Origin: Cyclobacteriaceae bacterium
GTDB lineage: Bacteria; Bacteroidota; Bacteroidia; Cytophagales; Cyclobacteriaceae
Reading direction: 5' to 3'
Assembly (NCBI GenBank): GCA_043750575.1
Contig: JAYVBH010000009.1
Location: forward strand, 48,664-112,663
Length of the DNA stretch: 64,000 nucleotides
Positions 18,334 to 28,100 of the stretch are shown one piece after another. The notes beneath the pieces were generated by a model. It worked only from the letters and a program-made list of their open reading frames with translations. It had not been told where the DNA came from and did not search any database. Both the position numbers and the translations under genes were made by a program. The stretch's first letter is position 1, and every line of letters starts with the position of its first letter.

Positions 18334-19648
18334 GCTCTCCATTTGAAACCATACTCCCCGAATTCACTCCAACACAGTCTTCTGTGATTTGATCGATATG
18401 GATCAATTGCAACGCATTCACTTGCGCCTGCTCCACCGGCACCTTCACCCGCACATAGTTTTCGGTGAAACCGTGAATCATCCCATCTTCAATATCGTTC
18501 TCGAACAATACCGTACGGGTCGTGCCCACGTTCGTTTCATAGAATGCCCTGCGCTTCTTATCTGAAAGAATATGCAGCATGCGTGAACGTTCACTACGAA
18601 CATTCATCGGCACCGGGCTGGGGAGCGTGACGGCCAGCGTATTCTCGCGTTCGGAGTAGGTGAAGACATGCAGGTATGAAATATTGAGCTCGTTGAGGAA
18701 GGTGTAGGTCTCGAGGAACTCGTCGTTCGTCTCACCCGGGAATCCGACAATGACGTCAACACCAATGCACGCTTGGGGCATCTCCGACTTGATTCTCGCC
18801 ACCCGCTCTACGTACAATTCACGCTGATATCTCCGCCGCATCATCTTCAATATCTTATTGGAGCCAGACTGGAGGGGGATGTGGAAGTGTGGGACAAAAC
18901 GGTTGGACTGTGCCACAAACGCAATGATCTCGTTGGTCAGCAAGTTGGGTTCGATGGATGAAATCCTGAATCGCTCAATGCCTTCCACCTGGTCGAGTGC
19001 TTTGATAAGGTCGATGAACCGCTCCTTGCGCTCGCCGCCCTGTAGTCCGAAGTCGCCGGTGTTGACGCCGGTGAGGACGATCTCCCGCACGCCCGTCGCC
19101 GCGATCTCTTGGGCGGTCTTCACGATGTTGGCCACCGTATCACTGCGGCTCCCACCCCGGGCAAGAGGAATGGTGCAGAAGCTGCACGAGTAGTCACATC
19201 CATCCTGCACCTTGAGGAACGTCCGTGTACGGTCCTGCATCGAAAACGATGTGTGAAAGGTATTGACCTGATCGATGTCGCACGAATAGACCACCGGCTT
19301 CGGGGGCCGCACGAACCCATCAAGCAATTCCACCAGCCTGAACTTCTCATTCGCCCCCAACACCGCATCGACACCCGGGATAGCCGATATCGCCTCCGGC
19401 TTCAGCTGGGCATAGCACCCGATGATGGCCACATACGCATCCGGAGATATCGCCCGCGCATCACGCACGATCTTGTGGCACTTCTTATCCGCGTTTTCTG
19501 TAACGGAACAGGTGTTGATGATGAAGATATCCGGCGTATCCGCAAAGTCGACTTTCAAATACCCCTTCTCCTCGAACTTCCGGGAAATGGTGGAGGTTTC
19601 TGAGTAGTTCAGTTTGCAGCCGAGGGTGTAAAAAGCAACCTTCTTCAT
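18284..19648 (-). CDS. mtaB: tRNA t6A37 methylthiotransferase MtaB
   Basis: MKKVAFYTLGCKLNYSET, INTCSVT, radical SAM CDYSCSFC, ISSIEP, HFHIPLQSG; start ATG 19648. Confidence 0.94.
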   Translation of the reverse strand: MKKVAFYTLGCKLNYSETSTISRKFEEKGYLKVDFADTPDIFIINTCSVTENADKKCHKIVRDARAISPDAYVAIIGCYAQLKPEAISAIPGVDAVLGANEKFRLVELLDGFVRPPKPVVYSCDIDQVNTFHTSFSMQDRTRTFLKVQDGCDYSCSFCTIPLARGGSRSDTVANIVKTAQEIAATGVREIVLTGVNTGDFGLQGGERKERFIDLIKALDQVEGIERFRISSIEPNLLTNEIIAFVAQSNRFVPHFHIPLQSGSNKILKMMRRRYQRELYVERVARIKSEMPQACIGVDVIVGFPGETNDEFLETYTFLNELNISYLHVFTYSERENTLAVTLPSPVPMNVRSERSRMLHILSDKKRRAFYETNVGTTRTVLFENDIEDGMIHGFTENYVRVKVPVEQAQVNALQLIHIDQITEDCVGVNSGSMVSNGERVTTPAQGRGKAAKYR

Positions 19649-19656
19649 TGGGAGTG

Positions 19657-19664
19657 CAAAGATA
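19657..19664 (-). promoter_or_regulatory. -7 element TATCTTTG of mtaB
   Basis: Perfect TAnnTTTG 8 nt upstream of ATG. Confidence 0.7.
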
Positions 19665-19710
19665 AGAGGAAAGTGTGTTAAGGGCTTAGTGTAGTTGATC
19701 CCGATAGAGT

Positions 19711-19801
19711 GGGTAACCACCGCTAAGACGCAACGGCGCAAAGGTCCGCGAAGAATTTCTTTGCGGAACTCTGCGTCTCTGTGCCTTTGCAGTGGTAACC
19801 C
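19711..19801. repeat. CGCAAAG-family palindromic element, copy 2
   Basis: gggtaaccaccgctaagacgcaacggcgcaaaggtccgcgaagaatttctttgcggaactctgcgtctctgtgcctttgcagtggtaaccc; aligns to copy 1. Confidence 0.8.
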
Positions 19802-19827
19802 CCTCTCTCCACGAAGCCATCCCCGTG

Positions 19828-19896
19828 CTACTACTACCCCACTATCACCCCATCCCTCATCTCCAACTTCCTATCCGCCATATTGGCAAATTCCTG
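19828..19896 (-). pseudogene. Detached duplicate of the ABC-ATPase 3' end (QEFANMADRKLEMRDGVIVG then three TAG)
   Basis: 47-bp direct repeat 19850-19896 vs 19953-19999 with one synonymous mismatch, continuing in frame to TAG TAG TAG. Confidence 0.75.
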
Positions 19897-19918
19897 CCTA
19901 CGCCAAGGCTTCGGCAGG
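19893..19918. repeat. REP-like palindrome CCTGCCTACGCCAAGGCTTCGGCAGG
   Basis: CCTGCC/GGCAGG stem lying between the two duplicated gene ends. Confidence 0.65.
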
Positions 19919-19930
19919 TGAATCAACGAC

Positions 19931-20590
19931 TTAAGCCTGACCAAGTATTAGTCCATCCCTCATCTCCAACTTCCTGTCCGCCATATTGGCAAATTCCTGG
20001 TTATGCGTGACGATGATAAACGTCTGTCCCATTTTCTCCCGAAGCCGAAAGAAAAGTTCGTGGAGGTCTTTTGCATTCTTGGAGTCGAGGTTTCCGCTGG
20101 GCTCGTCGGCGAGGATAATGTCGGGGCTATTCATGAGCGCGCGGGCGCAGGCCGTACGTTGTTGTTCGCCACCCGACAGCTCTGATGGCTTGTGATCCAG
20201 CCGGTCTTGAAGGCCTAGCTCCACCAGCAACTTGTGTGCGCGGTCCCTCACTTCGGCATCAGGTTTTCCCGACAAGAAACCAGGTATCATCACGTTCTCC
20301 AGCGCTGAAAATTCCGGGAGGAGATTATGAAACTGAAAGACGAAGCCGATGTGGCGGTTTCGGAATGCGGCGAGTGCATTGGAAGTCTGCTGAAAAACAT
20401 TGGTGCCGTTCACGGTAACCGTGCCTTTGTCAGGGTTGTCCAACGTACCCAGGATGTGCAGAAGCGTGCTTTTGCCAGCTCCGGAAGCCCCAACGATGGA
20501 TACGATCTCGCCCTTCTTGACGATCAGATTTACCCCTTTAAGCACCTTCAGGGCCCCGTACGACTTCTCAATACCTTTTGCTTCCAGCAT
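19931..20590 (-). CDS. lolD: ABC transporter ATP-binding protein, LolD-like
   Basis: GASGAGKST, GFVFQFHNLLPEF, LSGGEQQR, ADEPSGNLD, IVTHN. Confidence 0.85.
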   Translation of the reverse strand: MLEAKGIEKSYGALKVLKGVNLIVKKGEIVSIVGASGAGKSTLLHILGTLDNPDKGTVTVNGTNVFQQTSNALAAFRNRHIGFVFQFHNLLPEFSALENVMIPGFLSGKPDAEVRDRAHKLLVELGLQDRLDHKPSELSGGEQQRTACARALMNSPDIILADEPSGNLDSKNAKDLHELFFRLREKMGQTFIIVTHNQEFANMADRKLEMRDGLILGQA

Positions 20591-20650
20591 CCTGCAATTT
20601 CTTGAAATAAAGGTTTAAAAAAAGTAGATTGCTTGCAAAACTTACCCTTT

Positions 20651-21862
20651 ATGAACATTCACGAATACCAGGCTAAAGACTTACTCAAGAAGTTCGGTGT
20701 AGCAGTCCAGGGAGGCATCGTTGCAGACACGCCGGATCGTGCTGTGGCCGCCGCCAAAGAACTACATGCCGAGACGGGAACCAAGTGGTTTGTGGTAAAG
20801 TCGCAGATTCATGCCGGTGGACGCGGTAAGGGCACCGTCAATGAGACTGGCTCTAAAGGAGTCGTTTTGGCGAAAAGCATCGATGAAGTATTTGAGAAAT
20901 CAAAGGCTATCCTGGGCGGCACGCTGGTGACGCACCAGACTGGGCCAGCAGGAAAAAAAGTGAACAAAGTCCTTATCGCCGAGGATGTCTACTATCCGGG
21001 AGAATCAGAGCCGAAGGAGTATTATATGAGCATCCTCCTCGACCGCTCCGTAAGTATGCCCGTGATTATGGCCTCTACTGAAGGCGGAATGAACATTGAG
21101 GATGTGGCCGCCGAAACACCAGAAAAGATCATCAAAGAGTGGGTGGACCCCACTATCGGATTGCAACCATTCCAGGCCCGCAAAGTGGCTTTTGCCCTTG
21201 GCCTGGAGGGGAATGCCTTTAAGGAAATGATAAAGTTTATCAATGCCCTGTACACAGCATACGTAAGCACGGATGCATCGATGTTTGAGATCAACCCGGT
21301 ACTGAAGACCTCAGATAACAAGATTCTCGCTGTTGACGGCAAGGTGAATCTGGATGACAATGCGTTGTATCGTCACAAGGAACTGGCCGAACTGCGTGAT
21401 ATCACGGAAGAGGATCCATTGGAGGTTGAGGCCGGAAAATCAGGATTGAATTACGTGAAACTTGACGGCAACGTAGGTTGTATGGTCAACGGCGCCGGAC
21501 TGGCCATGGCGACCATGGATATCATCAAGATCTCGGGAGGTGAGCCTGCCAACTTCCTGGACGTGGGTGGTGGTGCCAATGCTGAGACTGTCGAGGCCGG
21601 TTTCCGGATCATCTTAAAAGACCCTAATGTCAAGGCCATCCTGATAAACATATTTGGTGGTATAGTCAGGTGCGACCGGGTGGCCAGCGGGGTTGTGGAG
21701 GCCTATAAGAAGGTTGGAAACATCCCTGTACCAATAATTGTGCGTTTGCAGGGCACAAACGCAGAAGAAGGGGCAAAAATCATCCAGCAATCGGGTTTAA
21801 AGGTCTATTCGGCCATCTTACTGAAAGACGCTGCTGAAAAAATCACCCAAGTTTTGGCCTGA
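20651..21862 (+). CDS. sucC: Succinyl-CoA ligase (ADP-forming) beta subunit
   Basis: [54 protein letters not shown]. Confidence 0.97.
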   Translation: MNIHEYQAKDLLKKFGVAVQGGIVADTPDRAVAAAKELHAETGTKWFVVKSQIHAGGRGKGTVNETGSKGVVLAKSIDEVFEKSKAILGGTLVTHQTGPAGKKVNKVLIAEDVYYPGESEPKEYYMSILLDRSVSMPVIMASTEGGMNIEDVAAETPEKIIKEWVDPTIGLQPFQARKVAFALGLEGNAFKEMIKFINALYTAYVSTDASMFEINPVLKTSDNKILAVDGKVNLDDNALYRHKELAELRDITEEDPLEVEAGKSGLNYVKLDGNVGCMVNGAGLAMATMDIIKISGGEPANFLDVGGGANAETVEAGFRIILKDPNVKAILINIFGGIVRCDRVASGVVEAYKKVGNIPVPIIVRLQGTNAEEGAKIIQQSGLKVYSAILLKDAAEKITQVLA

Positions 21863-21920
21863 TAAGCGGTTTCCTTCTTGGGTTTATTTTGATAAATTGC
21901 TACAAAAAAGGGCTTTATTG

Positions 21921-22820
21921 ATGAAACGAGTCTTTCTGGTTGGGTTATTCGCTCTTGCTCTGGTTCCGGAATTGGTTTCGGCGCAGAGTTTTTATGCCAT
22001 GCGGAGGTCAAGGTCCTTGATGTTTGTGGGAGGAATAGGCACTTCCAGCTATTTGGGAGAACTCTCCAATCCAGGCGATTACCTTCAAGCCAAGCCCACT
22101 GTCAACCTGGGACTTCAGTACTACTTCACCCGAAACATCGCCATAAGGGGAGATGTGACTTGGTTTCAGCTAACCGGGTCAGATGCAAAGTCCAACGACG
22201 TGGAATCAGGGAGAAAGGGCCGCAATCTGTCATTCAGTTCTAACAACTTTGAAATGAGTGTAGTCGGGATCTATAACCTCTATCCCAACGGAAGGACCTT
22301 TTATCAGAGACCTGCCTTCAATGTTTACGGATTCGCAGGTATTGGCTTGTGTTATTTCAACCCAACCACCGATTATCAAGGAACAACTTACTCCTTACCT
22401 GAACTTCAAACTGAATTAGTTAGCTATAGCACATTTACACTCGTTATTCCGATGGGTCTGGGGGTTAGATTTAAGCTCGGACCTTTTATGAACCTTTCGT
22501 TTGAAGGAGGCTACCGACTAACATTTACAGACTACCTGGATGATGTTAGTACGATCCACAATGACGCATCATTATTTTCCAATCCCATTTCCGCTGCATT
22601 ATCAGATCGTCGTGGAGAGCTTACTCCGCCAGAGCCGCTCAAGGTTACCGGAGATATCCGCGGTAACCCAAAAACCAATGACGGATATATTCTATACAAT
22701 GTGAAGCTGGAATATTTCTTGCCCATTAATTTCTTTCAGGGCGGCGGTGGTCCCAAAAAGACAAAGCACAACAAGAAGGCTTTCTACCGATACAACAAGC
22801 GTGGCGGGTTGAGGAAGTAA
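21921..22820 (+). CDS. Outer-membrane beta-barrel protein (DUF6089/PorT-like)
   Basis: Signal ending VSA-Q; SSYLGEL, RNLSFSS, EGGYRLTFTDYLDDVS, RGNPKTNDGY. Confidence 0.75.
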   Translation: MKRVFLVGLFALALVPELVSAQSFYAMRRSRSLMFVGGIGTSSYLGELSNPGDYLQAKPTVNLGLQYYFTRNIAIRGDVTWFQLTGSDAKSNDVESGRKGRNLSFSSNNFEMSVVGIYNLYPNGRTFYQRPAFNVYGFAGIGLCYFNPTTDYQGTTYSLPELQTELVSYSTFTLVIPMGLGVRFKLGPFMNLSFEGGYRLTFTDYLDDVSTIHNDASLFSNPISAALSDRRGELTPPEPLKVTGDIRGNPKTNDGYILYNVKLEYFLPINFFQGGGGPKKTKHNKKAFYRYNKRGGLRK

Positions 22821-22857
22821 TTCGTTGATTCGGTTATTTGCTGATTCGTTGATTGGA
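22821..22857. repeat. Octamer array TTCGTTGA directly after the stop codon
   Basis: ttcgttga ttcggtta tttgctga ttcgttga ttgg. Confidence 0.55.
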
Positions 22858-22969
22858 GGAACCCCTTCATAGTGGCGGCCATCTGGTTGGTAGTACCTGA
22901 TCGGTAGTCCATGAAACAGTAAACGACTGACTTATCGATAAAGAATCCCCAATAACGTAACGTCCTGGA

Positions 22970-24892
22970 CTAGCTCAACTCGCTGAATCGCTGGGTGTCG
23001 AGCACTTCGTAGCGGCTGTAGTTGCTTTTGTACTCGGGGACGAGTTCCTTCATTAAAGCCACCATTTTCAGCTCGTTGCGGTCGTTGACAAGGTCGTGGA
23101 ACAGATCCACATACCGGTTGATCTCATCGTAGGAGTACTCCTGGACGCGGGCGATAAGGATCTTCTTGTGGTGCGTGGGGATGGTGTTCTCCTGGTTCGT
23201 GAGCAGTTCCTCAAACAACTTCTCTCCTTCTCTTAACCCCGTGAAATGAATCTCAATGTCGCGGTCGGGCTCGAGACCTGACAGCCAGATCATCTTCTTG
23301 GCGAGGTCAAGAATCTTCATGGACTTACCCATGTCAAAAATGAATATCTCACCCCCCTGCCCCATTGTACCGGCTTCAAGCACTAGCTGGCAAGCCTCTG
23401 GGATGGTCATGAAGAAACGCGTGATCTCCGGGTGCGTAACCGTTATCGGACCCCCTGCCTCAATCTGTTTCTTAAACAATGGGATAACCGAGCCGTTGGA
23501 TCCCAACACATTTCCAAAGCGAGTTGTGACAAAAGCCGTCCGGTGAGCCTTTCCGGTCGTGTAGTTATTTAAAGACTGAACATAGATTTCGGCGATGCGC
23601 TTTGAACAGCCCATCACATTGGTGGGGTTCACCGCCTTATCGGTGGAAATCATTACAAATTTCTGCACACCCGTTTCGGCAGAAATATCAGCCAGAATCT
23701 TGGTGCCAAGGATATTGCAGGCTACTGCCTCTGATGGATTGCTTTCCATCATCGGGACGTGCTTGTAGGCGGCAGCATGGTACACCAAATCCGGCTTCTG
23801 CTCTCTGAATATCGCGGCAATTCTCTCCTTGTTTGTGATGTCAACAAGAAAGATATTGATCTTGGCAGACGGCGCCAGGGCAACCATTTCCCGCTCGAGT
23901 TCATACAAAGCAGACTCTGCCTGATCAATCGCAATCACAGACTCCGGGTGATACTGAATGACCTGGCGGACCAATTCGCGGCCGATAGAACCAGCAGCCC
24001 CAGTAATACATATTCGCTTTCCCTTCAGGTCCCTTTCTACATTCTCTTTATTCAAACGGATGGCCTCCCTGCCCAGTAAGTCCTCAATGTTGATTTCCTT
24101 AATCTGGTTAAAGCTCAATTCACCTTTGGCCCACCGGTCAATTGGCGGTATCAGGCGTACACGGATCTGATGCTGAATACAAAGCTCTACCAGTTCATTC
24201 CGGCGTTCCGGGTCGATGTCCTTGGCCGCAATAACCAATTCGTCGAACGACCTATCTTTCAGCAAGGCTTCCAGTTGGACCTTGCCTGCATTATAAATCA
24301 TAACCCCGTCAAGCACTTTGCCGATCTTATCCGTATTGTCCTCCAGGAAGCCCATCACCCGCATTCGCTTTGAGGACTCGACGACATGACGGGTAATCAT
24401 TCCTGTATTGCCAGCCCCAAAAATTATAACCCTTGACCGCTTTAGCATTTGATCCTTGTAATAGGAGAAGATATACTTCACGAGGAGGCGATAATTGAAG
24501 AGCAAAAGAAATGACCCCAGGAAGCTAATCAATACGACGGAATACGGAACTGCGTATTGAAGCTTGTTGTAGGCATAGAAAAGATTGACCGATACAACCA
24601 GGGCCAGGTTCAACACGACCATAAACAATATCCTGGCTCCATCTTGTAAACCCGTATAGCGAATGATGCCTTTATAGCTTCCCGTGAGGAGGATGGAGAC
24701 TAGTCCGCAGAGCGAATAGATGAGTACACCCCGCTCGAGCCATTGCCCGGTGAGGTCGTTAAATGAAAAATTAAAGCGAAGTAGAAATCCCAGGAAAACT
24801 GAAAACGAAATGAAGGCAAGGTCTATGAAGATAATTACCCAGCGGGGCAATATGCGCAGATTGCGAACCAGATCAATCCACCAGCGGATCAC
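22970..24892 (-). CDS. Membrane-anchored UDP-GlcNAc 4,6-dehydratase (CapD/WbpM/PglF family)
   Basis: N-terminal TM helices, IFGAG, DLLGR, TGAAGSIG, HAAAYKHVP, ISTDKAVNPTNVMG, RFGNVLGSNGSV, GLREGEKLFEEL. Confidence 0.95.
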   Translation of the reverse strand: MIRWWIDLVRNLRILPRWVIIFIDLAFISFSVFLGFLLRFNFSFNDLTGQWLERGVLIYSLCGLVSILLTGSYKGIIRYTGLQDGARILFMVVLNLALVVSVNLFYAYNKLQYAVPYSVVLISFLGSFLLLFNYRLLVKYIFSYYKDQMLKRSRVIIFGAGNTGMITRHVVESSKRMRVMGFLEDNTDKIGKVLDGVMIYNAGKVQLEALLKDRSFDELVIAAKDIDPERRNELVELCIQHQIRVRLIPPIDRWAKGELSFNQIKEINIEDLLGREAIRLNKENVERDLKGKRICITGAAGSIGRELVRQVIQYHPESVIAIDQAESALYELEREMVALAPSAKINIFLVDITNKERIAAIFREQKPDLVYHAAAYKHVPMMESNPSEAVACNILGTKILADISAETGVQKFVMISTDKAVNPTNVMGCSKRIAEIYVQSLNNYTTGKAHRTAFVTTRFGNVLGSNGSVIPLFKKQIEAGGPITVTHPEITRFFMTIPEACQLVLEAGTMGQGGEIFIFDMGKSMKILDLAKKMIWLSGLEPDRDIEIHFTGLREGEKLFEELLTNQENTIPTHHKKILIARVQEYSYDEINRYVDLFHDLVNDRNELKMVALMKELVPEYKSNYSRYEVLDTQRFSELS

Positions 24893-25107
24893 TATTCTTT
24901 ATTTGATTTGTCCTTGCCAAGCATTCGCTTCAAACCAAGTAGTACTCCGCCCCCGATAAGAATTTCAATTCCCGTAATGGGCACGGCTGGTGGACAAGGT
25001 GGCTTAGGGCACGGCTTTCCGCCACCCCCCGGCTGAGCAGAACCCAAGAAAAAACTCAAGCAAAAAAATGCGGTAAGAAATAAAAGCCTCAAGAATTTCA
25101 TCTTCAT
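24892..25107 (-). CDS. PID-CTERM-like exosortase-target microprotein
   Basis: Signal peptide, QPGGGGKPCPKPPCPPA, VPITG, hydrophobic IEILIGGGVLLGL, basic KRMLGKDK tail; stop overlaps capD start. Confidence 0.75.
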   Translation of the reverse strand: MKMKFLRLLFLTAFFCLSFFLGSAQPGGGGKPCPKPPCPPAVPITGIEILIGGGVLLGLKRMLGKDKSNKE

Positions 25108-25112
25108 TACGC

Positions 25113-28100
25113 TCAATCTTTGATAATGCGAACTACGTCAACCTTGCTTCCGCGCTCAACTCGCAGGAAGTAAAAACCTGAACTTTCCTTATTGAAAGAA
25201 TACTCTCCTTTGTACCGGGAACCTGATGATTCAAAGTTGACAGGTCCGACGTATGCACCCATGAGGTTATACATCGATCCCACCGGCTTGGCATCAGCGT
25301 CCACACTAACCCGTAAGGTTTCTTTAACGGGGTTAGGATAGATCGTTATCCCCGCTGCACCAGAATTTGAAGGTTCAATGGCGGTTACTGCAAATACCTT
25401 GCTATCCGTAACGGTACATCCGTTCAATGTGACATCCAATCGGTATACACCACTTTGAACAGCCTGTAACGTATTGTTGGTAGCCCCAGGAATCAGGTTG
25501 CCATCGAGATACCACTGATTGCCCGTCTGGTAATTTGATTGAAGTGTAAACGCGTTAACAATCTCAATGACTGCAGGGTCCAAATTCGAGACATTCGCCA
25601 TCACTTCAACCCAAGGTCCTTCGCAGCCAAGGATATTGACAGCGGCAACATAATATGCTTTGCTTGAAGTCAGCTCGGGCGTTGTGTAGATAGCCAGTAT
25701 TTCATTCGGAATTGGGCTTACCGCTTCCAGCGAATCATACCAGTTGTAATGTCCATCCGCCGGAGCACCTGAAGCACTTATAACTGCATGCCCGGTACCG
25801 CAGGATGTGCCTGCTGTAACGGTGACTGCCGCAGGGACAGCAGCATAGTTGATTGATACCAGAAGTGTGGATTCCAGGTTTGTGCAATACCTGTTCGCTG
25901 CCTTTACTTGAAATTGGTTTTGTCCTGCTGTAATCTGATCTGCCGGGATATACAACCGTAATGGACCATCTTCTCCTTGTGTAGGTGCTACGACCACTGC
26001 GCCGGTTGATGGCTTAATAAGTGAATAGTCGTAATCTGAAGAACTGTTCGTCACATTGACCAATCCGGTTCCGGTATCACAAACGCCTGGAGTCTCGCTG
26101 GCGATTGTCACAAGGCCCCCTTCATAGGTAAACGCCAGACTAAAACGATCCGAGCCGAACGTATTCGGGTCAGTCTCATCCACAGAGAACGGATAATTTG
26201 GATTCAACCGAACATCGATGAGCGCATTTGTAAAATTATCCCTGAATTGAATTTTCATCGCCGAACTCATCGATTCAAACTCGGTGAAACTCAACTGATA
26301 CGTTCCTGTTGTGACATCACTGACGTCTAACGGCACCTGGGCAGCGCATGCCGACAAAGGCATTGCATTAATGGAGTATTTCTCGTTTGCCGAGATGGTT
26401 GACAGGTTCAGGTACCAATACGGGTTTCTGAATTTACGTGCGTCATATTTCGAATCAAACGCGATGGTAGCTGAGTCTGAAAAATAGATCACCGCTTCAT
26501 CTGTCAAATTATCCCTGGACAATGCAATCCGGATCAAGTCGGTAGGGCCTGATTGGCGGAAGAAGGTAGTTTGCGTTCCGGCAACTTTAACGGTTTCCCT
26601 AATGGTTAAAACCGGAGCTGCAGCATTTGCTTTCACCCAGAAGCCCTGACCTGTGGCGATGAATCGACTTCCGCCGTTCGTCCCAACGCCTGCAACAAAG
26701 GATGCAAATACGGGATTTGCCGTACTGTAGTCTGACATGTAAATGGCATCGTCCATGTTGGTTTTGGTCCAACCGGCAGAGAGCCAATCAATCGTGGAGG
26801 CATAGGGGTTCCCAACTAAATTCCAGCCATCGTTGGCGAGCACGGTAGGAGCAGACGATGTAAAGGTTACTGGCATAGACAGTGTTCCACTGTTAACTGT
26901 CCCTGAAACTGCCCATTGCGAATTAAGATTCGTGCTTACGGGAACGTCGCTACCAAAAATGAAAATCGAATAACCACGACCCGGTGACAATGCTTCTGAC
27001 GCATCTGCGACTGGAAAGGCCACATACCCGTTCTCCAAATCGCCCGTAACCAGTTCACTATAACTATACATGGATGGATCACCTGTTTGTCCTGGTATAA
27101 AGTCGGTCTGCGGAAAAGATCCGATAACGGGAAGCTCCTGTTGTATGTCGGCAACAGTCGTGGCGACAGGCGATGAAATATTTCGCCAAACCTGGAAGTT
27201 ATACAAGCCAACCCCCTGACGATTCATGTACCGTTGTACGGAAACATTACCTGTCACTTGGCCTGCTGCAACACTCATCTGCGCAATGCTGGCATCCTGC
27301 GTCGTAAAGGTACCCGAGGTCACCGGTCCTGTGGAAAGCAATGTCAACACTCTGGCGCCCCCAGCTCCATCCGCATCGAAAGTCGAGTTTGCTGCAGTAG
27401 TCATATTTAGGATACCGCCCAAATCGATGCCCACTGTATTCTCATTAATCAAATCCGGATTAGCTGTAACGTTTCCATTCACGGTAAGATTATTCAACGT
27501 AATCTTTGCACTACCATTGATCGTCTTCGTCAAGGTCGTCGATACGATGTTCACCAAACCGGTGCCTGCAGTAAATGTGCCGTCGTTGGTCAAGGTTGAG
27601 TTGATGTTCAGCGTTGCTGGGGCGATGAACGTACCAGTTGCATCGACTACAAAATTGAAGAACTGAGGAGAGGCTCCTGTCATGGTGATCGTAAAGCCTG
27701 CGCCAACACGAACCGTTCCGGTGCTCGTGAATGTGCCGGGTGTGAACGTTCCTGTAAACGCCAAAGTCATTCCGTTGCTTGCGCCGGCGGTCGGCGCGTT
27801 GAATGTACCGGCATTGGAGAACCCACCAACTGAAACATTGTTTGCTCCGGAAGTGAAGATGCGGCCTGTGGTCTGGATTGTAAAAATACCTGAAACATTC
27901 AGTGGTTGACCCACTGCCAACGTGACTGTAGTTGCATTATTAGTATTTACGGTCAAGTTCTTGATCGCACCCAAAGTTGGAATCTCAAATGCCGTAGTCT
28001 TTGTAGCACCCGTATAGGTTAGGTTCCATGGTCCACCACCTGGACTTGACGTAGTAATTGTGCCCGCAGCCCGAGAAATCGTTGCTCCATCCGCAAGCGT

